A DNA stretch of 64,000 nt from a virus. Of the stretch, positions 34,968-43,900 are shown piece by piece (within the stretch, counting starts at the first letter, position 1; each line of letters begins with the position of its first letter). The stretch lies in IMG/VR virus record IMGVR_UViG_3300045988_050655; one strand, given 5' to 3'. The translations under genes were made by a program, and so were the position numbers. The notes beneath the pieces are model-generated. The model did not search any database. It saw only the letters and a program-made list of their open reading frames with translations, and was not told the origin of the DNA.

Positions 34968-35447
34968 ATGAAAAAAGATGAAGAAGACCTACGAGTCAAG
35001 AAGTTAATTGGAGAGATTACTAAACTTCTCCCCGAGCGCAGCAAGATTAAGACGGACTTGCTTTATTTCAAGTATGTGCCTATCTTGGTCATGCTTATGC
35101 GATGGTATGGTGTATCTCAGTTCTATGACAACAAGATGGAGATTACACTATGGTATGAAGAGAATGAGGAACCTGTCTGGTTCTTTTATTTCATCACTTA
35201 TATCCTCTACCCGATTTCTCTTTGGAAGGGTCAGGTGTTGCACAGATTGTGTGTAGAGTGGCGCATCCCGATACTCTATATCGCAGGAGTCAATGTGATA
35301 CACATCATGTTCGGCTCTATCGTTATCACAAACAATATGTACTATTGTGATATGTTCCTGATTACACTCATTATAATTCTATATGCTTATGTCGCAATTA
35401 GTAAATTACAGCATCATCGAAGCTGGACTTCGTGCTCTTGCAGATAA
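34968..35447 (+). CDS. multi-pass membrane protein, unknown function
   Basis: 159 aa with about 4 hydrophobic helices. Confidence 0.5.
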   Translation: MKKDEEDLRVKKLIGEITKLLPERSKIKTDLLYFKYVPILVMLMRWYGVSQFYDNKMEITLWYEENEEPVWFFYFITYILYPISLWKGQVLHRLCVEWRIPILYIAGVNVIHIMFGSIVITNNMYYCDMFLITLIIILYAYVAISKLQHHRSWTSCSCR

Positions 35448-35760
35448 GGCGCATGAATCAGCAGTTGCCCAAGCGGAAGGCAAACCTATCCCTTGCGGTT
35501 TATCAGAGAACGATATGGAACTGGTGGCACTTCTTACTGCCATGATGAATGATACGCAAGCCAACAAGGGATGGTGTGCTCACGAAATGGGAAAGTCTAT
35601 CTCATCCTTTGAAAAGTATGTTCACGATGGCAAGATACCCGAAGGCATCCATGACCAGTTCGGGCATGAAAAGAAGTGGAATAAGTCGCTCATCCGATAC
35701 TTTGCCAACAAGAAGGCATTCTTCCACAAGCTATCACGAAAGTACGGCATCCACCTTTAG
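35383..35760 (+). CDS. hypothetical protein (start uncertain)
   Basis: 125-aa ORF overlapping the previous gene by 65 nt. Internal ATGs are available. Confidence 0.4.
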   Translation: MLMSQLVNYSIIEAGLRALADKAHESAVAQAEGKPIPCGLSENDMELVALLTAMMNDTQANKGWCAHEMGKSISSFEKYVHDGKIPEGIHDQFGHEKKWNKSLIRYFANKKAFFHKLSRKYGIHL

Positions 35761-35902
35761 CAATCGCTACACATTATATATATAGGAGAGACACAATCGC
35801 CCCTCCTGTATATTTATGACCTTTTCCGTAACTATAAATCTTTGTTCATCAAGCACTTATATAATCTTTTACGAGTTTATCTATCTCTATCCATATTATT
35901 CG

Positions 35903-35910
35903 TATCTTTG
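35903..35910 (+). promoter_or_regulatory. Bacteroidota -7 box (TATCTTTG)
   Basis: 65 nt upstream of ATG 35975. Confidence 0.5.
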
Positions 35911-35974
35911 TGCTCGTAACGTTACAAAGTGAGAATCATAATTTAGTGTTTAACAAAAAAGATTTCAGGATAAT

Positions 35975-36943
35975 ATGGAAAGTAAAACGTATGTATTCGG
36001 AAACGAAGGCTCAACATCTAACAATGGGATGCTCGGTCTTCTTGCGCCTCTGCTCCAGAAGCAGGGTGTTGACCCAAATGTCCTTCTTGCCATGAAGGGA
36101 AACAATGGTTTCGGTGGTGAAGGTGGATGGTTCATGTGGGTAATCTTCCTTTTCTTCCTCATGGGCTGGGGAGGTAACGGCTGGGGAGGTTTCGGCAATA
36201 ATGGTCGTGGTGGTCTCGCAAGCGAGATTAACAATGACTATGGTCGTGGTCTCCTGATGGATGCCATCGGTGGCAACCGCAATGCACTCAGCAATTTGGC
36301 TACTCAGTTGAACTGCACCGAAGGTCAGATTCAGAGTGCCATTTCTGCCTTGACCTCTCAGGTACAGAGTGTAGGTAATCAGGTTGGTATGAGTGGCATG
36401 CAGACCATCAATGCTTTGCAGCAGGGTAATATGCAGATTGCTCAGCAGATTGCAAACTGCTGCTGCCAGACTAATAACAACATCACTACTCAGGGTTATG
36501 AGAGCAAGTTGGCTATCTGCCAGCAGACTCATGCCATCAACGACAATGCCAATGCCAACGCATTGATGTTGCGTGACACCAACCAGTCTAACCATCTTGC
36601 CTTGATGGGTAAACTCGACCAGATGCAGACTCAGGCAATGCAGGACAAACTTGATGCACTTCGTGAGAAGAATAGTGCTCTTGTGGCACAGATTTCCAAC
36701 GAGCATCAGACTCAGGCTTTGCAGGCATACCAAGCACAGATTATCACTCCAGTGAATGCTGCCCTTGCAGCCTTGCAAGCAGAGGTAGCTGGCATCAAGT
36801 GCAAGTTGCCTAATACCGTATCTGTACCATATCCTCAGTTGAAGACCTACAACCCAGAGGTGTTCCAAGCAGCTGCTATGGGAGCATACGCTGGTGATGT
36901 AGCAGCAGCCAACGCAGCATCAACCGTAGGTTGTGGTTGTTAA
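35975..36943 (+). CDS. Gly/Trp-rich membrane-anchored, Gln/Asn-rich coiled-coil protein
   Basis: GGEGGWFMWVIFLFFLMGWGGNGWGGFGNNGRGG TM segment, a long Q/N/A-rich helical region, a CCC triplet and a C-terminal GCGC. Confidence 0.55.
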   Translation: MESKTYVFGNEGSTSNNGMLGLLAPLLQKQGVDPNVLLAMKGNNGFGGEGGWFMWVIFLFFLMGWGGNGWGGFGNNGRGGLASEINNDYGRGLLMDAIGGNRNALSNLATQLNCTEGQIQSAISALTSQVQSVGNQVGMSGMQTINALQQGNMQIAQQIANCCCQTNNNITTQGYESKLAICQQTHAINDNANANALMLRDTNQSNHLALMGKLDQMQTQAMQDKLDALREKNSALVAQISNEHQTQALQAYQAQIITPVNAALAALQAEVAGIKCKLPNTVSVPYPQLKTYNPEVFQAAAMGAYAGDVAAANAASTVGCGC

Positions 36944-36959
36944 AGGAAAGGAGGTAACT

Positions 36960-37418
36960 ATGTTCCCTTTAAACTATCCTTTCAGCCCATTATTCCCAAT
37001 GGTTAGGAGACGGAATCCTATCAAGAGAGTTGATATTGGCGGTATCTATGAATTGAAGACCAATGCACTTCAAGTAACCAACGAGAGTGTAGACTTCGGT
37101 ATCAATCCTAGCTGCTACAAGGCTTTACCTTGTGAGAGTATCGTACTGCTAAAGATTCATCAGGGAGTGCCTACTGCTGGCGAAGACCTTCCAGTCAAGA
37201 TTGTAGTGCCACACAATGGTGCAACAACCATCAGTACTACTAGCGGAACTACAAGTGGAACAACAACGGCTGGCACAACTAAGTCTTCCGTGGTAGACCA
37301 TACTGGTTCTGCTGTAACTGGAGCGGGTCTTTCAAGCACTACGGAAGCTCTAGCCTATATCAACAAGAAGAGCGGAACAATCCGACTGCTTGGGTTTCAG
37401 CAACCAACTGGTGGCTAA
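36960..37418 (+). CDS. hypothetical protein with Thr/Ser/Gly-rich segment
   Basis: ATG 36960 behind aaggaaaggagg. TTISTTSGTTSGTTTAGTTKSS. Confidence 0.5.
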   Translation: MFPLNYPFSPLFPMVRRRNPIKRVDIGGIYELKTNALQVTNESVDFGINPSCYKALPCESIVLLKIHQGVPTAGEDLPVKIVVPHNGATTISTTSGTTSGTTTAGTTKSSVVDHTGSAVTGAGLSSTTEALAYINKKSGTIRLLGFQQPTGG

Positions 37419-37474
37419 CAGAGTATTAACAATGGGGCAGATAGCAATGTCTGCCCCTATAAAAGAGAAAGAAA

Positions 37475-37993
37475 ATGTTTCAAGGTTTAAGACAAAATTC
37501 CCTTTTTTACATATTAGACAAGGGAGGAGAAAAACCGACTCTCAGAATCGGTCAGGTTATATCGGTAAGTGACCCTCAGCAGAAGTTCCCGACAACTTAC
37601 ATCCCGAATCAAGTGCCGAACTTCGACACAACGGTTGATGTAAAGGTGAAGGTTGGAGAACAGCAACTCAACTTCGAGAAACTGCCATCCACGGCTCAGA
37701 TAGCCAACTCAGGAACTAATGGTGTAGTTGTCAGCGATAGCCGTGATGCCATGTGCGCAGAGGTTGATTCCATGCTCAGGCAAGCCAAGGGTATCTTGGA
37801 GAGTGTTGACTACAATAAGGCAGTAGTGGAATCATGTGATGAAATAATAGCCAAACTCAATCCTCAGATTGCCAAGGATAAGCAGCAAGAGCAGGACATC
37901 AGTAACCTGAAATCTGACATGAACGGAGTGAAGGGTACGCTATCCGAAATCAAATCTCTTCTGTCTGATGCCTTGAAGCTCAGTAAGAACTAA
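37475..37993 (+). CDS. hypothetical protein
   Basis: 172-aa ORF. Confidence 0.5.
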   Translation: MFQGLRQNSLFYILDKGGEKPTLRIGQVISVSDPQQKFPTTYIPNQVPNFDTTVDVKVKVGEQQLNFEKLPSTAQIANSGTNGVVVSDSRDAMCAEVDSMLRQAKGILESVDYNKAVVESCDEIIAKLNPQIAKDKQQEQDISNLKSDMNGVKGTLSEIKSLLSDALKLSKN

Positions 37994-38009
37994 TAAAGGT
38001 AAGAAGATT

Positions 38010-38291
38010 ATGGTAATGATTGAGATTACAGAAGATAAGTTCGATGATTTGTATGACAACATCGAATCCATGCTTGGTTTTGGCAGCAAGGCTATGTCTT
38101 GTCTGAAAAAGATGAAGCAGGAGCGTATGGGTGAGCGTATGCCTGATTATCGTGACGATTGGAGAAGAGAACGTGAGGAGCGTGAAGAGCGTGAGAACAG
38201 ACGTAGATTCAACAACGTGAACGATGATTGGAACTACCCGAACCGCTATGGTGAAAGAGGTGGTGGCGGCTACAATGGTGGCGGTCGCTAG
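38010..38291 (+). CDS. hypothetical Arg/Glu-rich protein with Gly-rich tail
   Basis: DDWRREREEREERENRRRF...GERGGGGYNGGGR. Confidence 0.45.
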   Translation: MVMIEITEDKFDDLYDNIESMLGFGSKAMSCLKKMKQERMGERMPDYRDDWRREREEREERENRRRFNNVNDDWNYPNRYGERGGGGYNGGGR

Positions 38292-38358
38292 TGTTTAACT
38301 TGGGAGTTTTGGTAGTGACATTTATGTCGAAACCAGACTCCCTTTAATATTCAGCAAT

Positions 38359-38787
38359 ATGGGAAAATGCAGAATGCCATTGGATGTGTATGACCTCAAA
38401 CCTGAGGGGATGGTTTCCTATCTCAGATATAACGGCTATCATTTCAGCAAGAAGATGTGCGAGTGGGCAGTTAAGCAGATGTATAAGTATGACCCTTCCA
38501 CCAAGCGTGATGTAAGTATCTCGTTTTGGGATAAGGAGAAGGTGGATGCTCTTCTGCTCGGTCAGGGAATTGAGGTGAAGAATAAGATAGGCTACGACCA
38601 TGTATATGTGGCTAATATGGCGAGGGCAGACTTCTACAAGTCTTCCATCAAGGATGAGGAGCAGCTAGCCCAGTTTATCAAGGATATGGTGGATGATGCC
38701 GACCAGAAGGATGGTTTTATCTTCAACCGATTCTATGCCGACTGCTGCCATAATGGTGTGCCTATCCCTTGGGAAGATGTGTTATGA
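38359..38787 (+). CDS. hypothetical protein
   Basis: 142-aa ORF. Confidence 0.5.
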   Translation: MGKCRMPLDVYDLKPEGMVSYLRYNGYHFSKKMCEWAVKQMYKYDPSTKRDVSISFWDKEKVDALLLGQGIEVKNKIGYDHVYVANMARADFYKSSIKDEEQLAQFIKDMVDDADQKDGFIFNRFYADCCHNGVPIPWEDVL

Positions 38788-39179
38788 TAAGAAGAGTGAT
38801 TGAACTCCCGAAGTACGATTGGAGCATAGTATGTTTCATAGGTTATCAGCCACCTGATGCCGATGAGATATGCCATGCTCTTTCGGATATTGGCTGCAAC
38901 GGAAATCCGTTATCGGAAGCATATAAGCATCTGTCTTTATCGAGTGGAGATAGGGGGCTTACCTATTCCAATCTATCAGAAAGAAGGAGTGTGCTTGCCA
39001 TTGGGGAGTGTGAATCTGATGGCAGTATCATCAACACAATAGGTCATGAGCTTCTTCATGTGGTAGCGCATATCTGTGAGCAGGATGGAATAGATATGCT
39101 GAGCGAGGAACCATGCTATATGATGGGTAGTTTGTGTGAGAAGTTCTTTGATGTTTCGAGTGTTAATAATGTTAATTGA
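38784..39179 (+). CDS. small HExxH protein (putative zinc metallopeptidase-like)
   Basis: ATGA overlap with the previous stop. TIGHELLHVVAHI. Confidence 0.4.
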   Translation: MIRRVIELPKYDWSIVCFIGYQPPDADEICHALSDIGCNGNPLSEAYKHLSLSSGDRGLTYSNLSERRSVLAIGECESDGSIINTIGHELLHVVAHICEQDGIDMLSEEPCYMMGSLCEKFFDVSSVNNVN

Positions 39180-39203
39180 TAGAGACGAACCGAAATAATT
39201 AGT

Positions 39204-39211
39204 TATCTTTG
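39204..39211 (+). promoter_or_regulatory. Bacteroidota -7 box (TATCTTTG)
   Basis: 22 nt upstream of ATG 39233. Confidence 0.45.
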
Positions 39212-39232
39212 CACTAATAAACATTCAAGCTT

Positions 39233-39490
39233 ATGAAGAAGAAAATTAAAGTTTATTCTATAGGGGTACTTATTTGCATCATCTTTGATGTTGCATTTGC
39301 TACTTTTGTTATTATTTGTGGTAAAATACCAGCTTCTGATTATATCTTTATGGATATATTTCTTTTAATTTCTGATTTTACGATTATTGGATTGTGCTAT
39401 GCTTATTTAAAGGAAAAATCAGGAAATAAATGCTTGGTGATTAAACTACCCGGTACAGTAGATGATGATAGTCTGCCTAAGTTGAAATAG
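39233..39490 (+). CDS. two-helix membrane protein
   Basis: 85 aa with two hydrophobic helices. Confidence 0.45.
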   Translation: MKKKIKVYSIGVLICIIFDVAFATFVIICGKIPASDYIFMDIFLLISDFTIIGLCYAYLKEKSGNKCLVIKLPGTVDDDSLPKLK

Positions 39491-39522
39491 GAAAATAAAA
39501 ACTTGAAGAGGAAATACAAGAA

Positions 39523-39548
39523 AAGGGAGTGCTAAGCAACACTCCCTT
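39523..39548. terminator. bidirectional terminator hairpin between convergent genes
   Basis: aagggagtg-ctaagcaa-cactccctt (9-bp stem), A-rich upstream and T-rich downstream. Confidence 0.6.
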
Positions 39549-39566
39549 CTTCTTTATCTATACGGT

Positions 39567-39764
39567 TTACTCCCCATACTTTGGCTCCTCATACATCAAG
39601 TTATGCGCATCAATGTAAGCCTTGGCTTCTGAGTATGTGTCAAACTCTACTGCGGTGGCATCTACTGATGGGAATACCTCAGCATTGTCACCTTCTTCTG
39701 TGAGAGGGAACGCCATCTTGGTTTCCTCATGTACTACCTTATACTTCTTTGTTAACTTATTCAT
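39567..39764 (-). CDS. hypothetical small acidic protein
   Basis: 65-aa ORF. Confidence 0.45.
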   Translation of the reverse strand: MNKLTKKYKVVHEETKMAFPLTEEGDNAEVFPSVDATAVEFDTYSEAKAYIDAHNLMYEEPKYGE

Positions 39765-39807
39765 GTCTTGTTTCCTTTCTTTATTTTGATGTTATACTTA
39801 CGATACT

Positions 39808-40950
39808 TTATGCAGGAGTGATTAAGACTGTATAGTCCTTCTGCTGCAATTTTTCTACAGCTGTATCTGATGCAGATGTGCGAGTTCCTGCGCACATAAT
39901 TGTTCTTTGTAAAGTTGAAAGACCACTCTTTGCAACACATTGAGCATTATCTTGAAGCATTTTGTCAATATTGCCGATATTGTGATTGCCAAACATACCA
40001 AGCACATAAGCAGAGATGCTTCTTGAACTCCAAGAAAAGACACTGCCCTTATCATCTTGGAAGTTAGCAAAATAGCAAGAGTCTGGTAACTTAGCCAAGT
40101 CACCACTCAACAAGCTATTTTTAGACTCAAAACTGAAAAGCTTTACGTCCCCTTGCAATGAATCTATGTTTCCAGTACAATTCATAACTGAGAAATCATT
40201 TAAAGATGTCTTGCTAGAGAATGCCGAGATATCTCCAATAGCTTTTGTAGATAAAAGGCTGCATGAGACTAGACGTGATTTGTCTGTAAACACATTAATA
40301 TCACCATAAACATCTGTGTTGTAAAAATTAACAACTTGGATATTTTTGCTGCTATTTAAAGCTTTTATGTCTCCACTTATTTTGCAAGAAGAAAGATTTA
40401 CTTGTGACAAATCTGTTAAGTTAGACAAACATGCAATATCTCCATAGACTTTATCTGAATTAATTCTTACATTATTAAGAAAAGTTTTATTCTTAAACAC
40501 AGCAATGTCACCAAATGCATTGGCATTTTTTAGGTTTACAGCAAACAAGCTACGAGAATACTTCAAAGAATCTATGTCAATAGTCCTGTTTGTAACAATA
40601 GAACTATTTGTGTGCCCTGTTGTAAAAAATATCAACGAAGTTAAGGCATATTTGTCTAATATCGCAACTTCAAAATCACCATTACTAACATATACATCAG
40701 TAATATCTGTTATGTTAGTGTAGGCTGGCACTGTTATAACTTTTCCCTTGTTCTGCGTAAGAGTAGAATCAGTAAAGTAACCTTCACCAATAATCTCTAA
40801 TTGGGTGTCTTTAGAGAATGCAAAACCGAATCCCTGAGTGTCCTCCGACGGTGAATCTACTCTACTCACACTTATTCTTAACTCTCCAATTCTTAAGCGC
40901 TTATCATTCTGAACAACGCTTTTTAATTTTGTTACAAAACATTTTTTCAT
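39808..40950 (-). CDS. leucine-rich-repeat protein (tail-fibre-associated / receptor-binding candidate)
   Basis: About seven 23-residue repeats, each ending in GDI. Lies immediately downstream of the tail-fibre gene. Confidence 0.55.
   Translation of the reverse strand: MKKCFVTKLKSVVQNDKRLRIGELRISVSRVDSPSEDTQGFGFAFSKDTQLEIIGEGYFTDSTLTQNKGKVITVPAYTNITDITDVYVSNGDFEVAILDKYALTSLIFFTTGHTNSSIVTNRTIDIDSLKYSRSLFAVNLKNANAFGDIAVFKNKTFLNNVRINSDKVYGDIACLSNLTDLSQVNLSSCKISGDIKALNSSKNIQVVNFYNTDVYGDINVFTDKSRLVSCSLLSTKAIGDISAFSSKTSLNDFSVMNCTGNIDSLQGDVKLFSFESKNSLLSGDLAKLPDSCYFANFQDDKGSVFSWSSRSISAYVLGMFGNHNIGNIDKMLQDNAQCVAKSGLSTLQRTIMCAGTRTSASDTAVEKLQQKDYTVLITPA
40051..40578 (-). repeat. ~23-aa (69-nt) LRR-type coding repeats
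   Basis: GDIAVFKNKTFLNNVRINSDKVY / GDIACLSNLTDLSQVNLSSCKIS / GDIKALNSSKNIQVVNFYNTDVY / GDINVFTDKSRLVSCSLLSTKAI ... Confidence 0.7.
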
Positions 40951-40973
40951 AATTATATAATATATTATTAAAA

Positions 40974-43900
40974 TTATCTACTATAGTTGTAAAGAATATC
41001 CATATTTTTCAAATTTTGGACTATCCATTTCTCAACCCTATAAATATTATCACAATGTTTGTATTGCTTAATAGGACTATAAATACTGACCTCATGAGGC
41101 TCATTTACAGCTAATGGTTCGGTAGCTTTTATACAAACAAAATTAAAATATCCCATCTGTTCATTCATGCCAAACGAGACTTTATCTCCGACATTATATG
41201 CCTTTGTTGCATCAAATGTTTCAGACAAACTTGTCTGAATATTGCCATTAGTATCTTTAACTACGTTCCAATACTCAGAGCGAACTATGCTATCAGCAAT
41301 GCAAGGACTATCATTCCATTTTCTGTATTCTTCCTTAAAGAAGTCTGTTCCAATTCTAAGGCACCAATCTTTCAACAATCCAAATATATTATTTGCATTT
41401 ATTATTCCTTTATCAGCCAATTCTTTATACCTATTACTTAATTCTTCTTGATAATAGTTAACAATAAAACCCTCTGGACGCTTTATAAATGACGATACAT
41501 GTGTTGAAAGAGGTTCTGATGTAGAATAACCATGGTCATTAGAGCCAAACGATTGGTCACAGTCATACAAACCTACATATAATTTTACTCCATCATAAGA
41601 GAACCATTGCCAATTTTTTTCAAAACCGTCCGTGTTTTTTATCAAGTCTGAAAGAATTACATAATCTACTAAATTATCAACATCGAAGTACTTTTCAAAT
41701 AATACTTTCATTGCTTGCAAATCTGTTTCAGACTTTGTACCCTCATATTTATCCTTTGCTTCTATCACTTTTGGCAAAGAGTCGGATAAGTTCTCTATTA
41801 TCTGTTTAACTTGAGCTGTGAATAAAAGATTCTTCTTTATCTTTGATGATATTTCCGTGCCATCAGGAAGTGTTCCTGATGTTATCCAAGAATCGACCTC
41901 TGTTTGTCCTGCAATCTCTTCTTGTCTAATATCTGCATCATATTTGTTACCGCCAATAGCATACAATCCCTTGGGGTTACGTATTTCAAATTGACTCCAA
42001 TCTATGTTATCCTTACCTCCAAAGAAAGATGCATGTCCTAATATTCCATCAAGATGTATGTTCTCTGCTACACTCTTGTCCAGATGATAGTTATCTCGAT
42101 GCTTCTTTAGCTGAAAAGAGAAGATGCCATAGAACTTACCATTAAGGTAAACAGCACAAGGGAATCCGTCAGGAAAACATCGTGCTCCAGTATCTGTTAA
42201 TAAAGAATAGTCTCCTACATGAGGATTACCAAGACTCTTGGTAGTAAAGCTGATTTTATTCATTTCAACTAACGCTTTCTTCCAAGGTCTGTCATACATA
42301 TTTCCCCTTGTACGTACAATTTGGTCATATAGCTTGTAAGATACAGCACCAACACCACGGAAGAAATCAGTATAATATGCTTTCATGTGAAAGCTGTCCT
42401 GTGGAACCCATTCACCAATTCTTACTTTCGGGGTCTCATCACCAATCCATTCATCATCGCAAAGGTCGATAGCTACACTCTTCTTGATAAATCCCAAAGA
42501 AGAGTTTCCTTGTGCATTAAGAATGGCACGCTTCTTAAAGTAGTTACCATGCATATCCCAAAACTCCAGGAAAGCCTTCTTGTTATCAGTCTTGGTTGTA
42601 GGCATGGAATCAATATTAGAAACATTAATGATAGCAAATCGAGGCTCTGGTATCTGAATGAAACTACTTTCACTCCAATCAACAGGTGTTTTTACATCAA
42701 AGCCATTTGCTTTGAGAGCATCTTGAATATTATTCACACTATTGCCTTGAAGATTGAGGTTTGAAACATCAAGATTAGTAACTTCCATATCATACTCATG
42801 TTTCTTTCCTTGTAAGTCACGGAAAGACATTACTTTTTCTTCTGCATCTATTGTAATTTCCGTTCTACCTTCAGGGTCTTCAATATGGGAAAATTCTGTT
42901 GGAATAGTTTCGGACTTCGCATTGTGGATATAGTGACTGCCATCAGGATTTGTTGCAGAAAGAATCTTTCCTTCTGCATCTTGCTCAACTGCAAGATATT
43001 CCTCGTTATCCTGTAAAGAGAAAACATCAAGAAGCTCTTTGAGATAGACATCTATTGTATCTACCTTCTCCTGCAATGATGCAAGGTCTGATTGAAGCTG
43101 AGATATAACTTGCTTCAAGGCATTGACTGCATGGATTTCACCAATGATTTGTCCGTCTCTTCGGATGCCAAGGAGTACATGATTAGCTGCATCCTGCCAA
43201 AGAGCGAAGAACTCTTCATTCTGCTCCACATGATACATTTCATTGAGAGGGTAGTATGGCTTACCAGTTGCTCTGTAGAAACCAAAGAGAACCTTATCCT
43301 CAGAATCTACTATCGCCTTGATAAACTCTTCATTCTCGATTATTCTAAAGCACTCCTTTACTTCATCTTCAATGAGAGACTTGCCTTCTTCTTTATCAAC
43401 CTTTCCTTCCTGCAATGCGGTGATGTTTGCAGATAATTCTTCCTTGACGGAATTAATAGATTCAAGAATATCTGTCTTATCTTGCTGGCACTGGTTGATA
43501 ATCTCCTGTAACTTTGCTCTGATAGGTGCAGGAATACCTTTACCCCACTCAATGGAACCATCAAGCTGAATACCCAAAAGGAAGTGGTCTTCTGCATCTA
43601 CTATTGCCTTGATGAACTCTGGAGATTCAATCTCACGGAATGGAAGAGCAAACTGGGAGACTACTTTATCCTTTGAATCACCGAACTCTTGGGCAATATT
43701 TTCCTTGTTGAACTTTTTGTTTGCAAGTTCATCAATGGCTCCTTGTGCAGTGACAGAATCAAGTCCACTCTCTGTGTTCTCGTATGTTACTGCTGAGGCT
43801 TGGCTTGCACCACCACTTGCGGAAATGCCCTTGATGGCTTCCTCCATCTGAGTACTGCGAGTCTGCAACAATGAAATATCATCATCATTGGCGGTGATTT

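Noticed and set aside
36011-36868. 285-aa minus-strand ORF overlapping the G/W-rich protein gene.
   Set aside because: It is antisense to a plus-strand ORF that has its own -7 box and a coherent TM plus coiled-coil architecture. It has no start signals on the minus strand and lies in a plus-strand operon.
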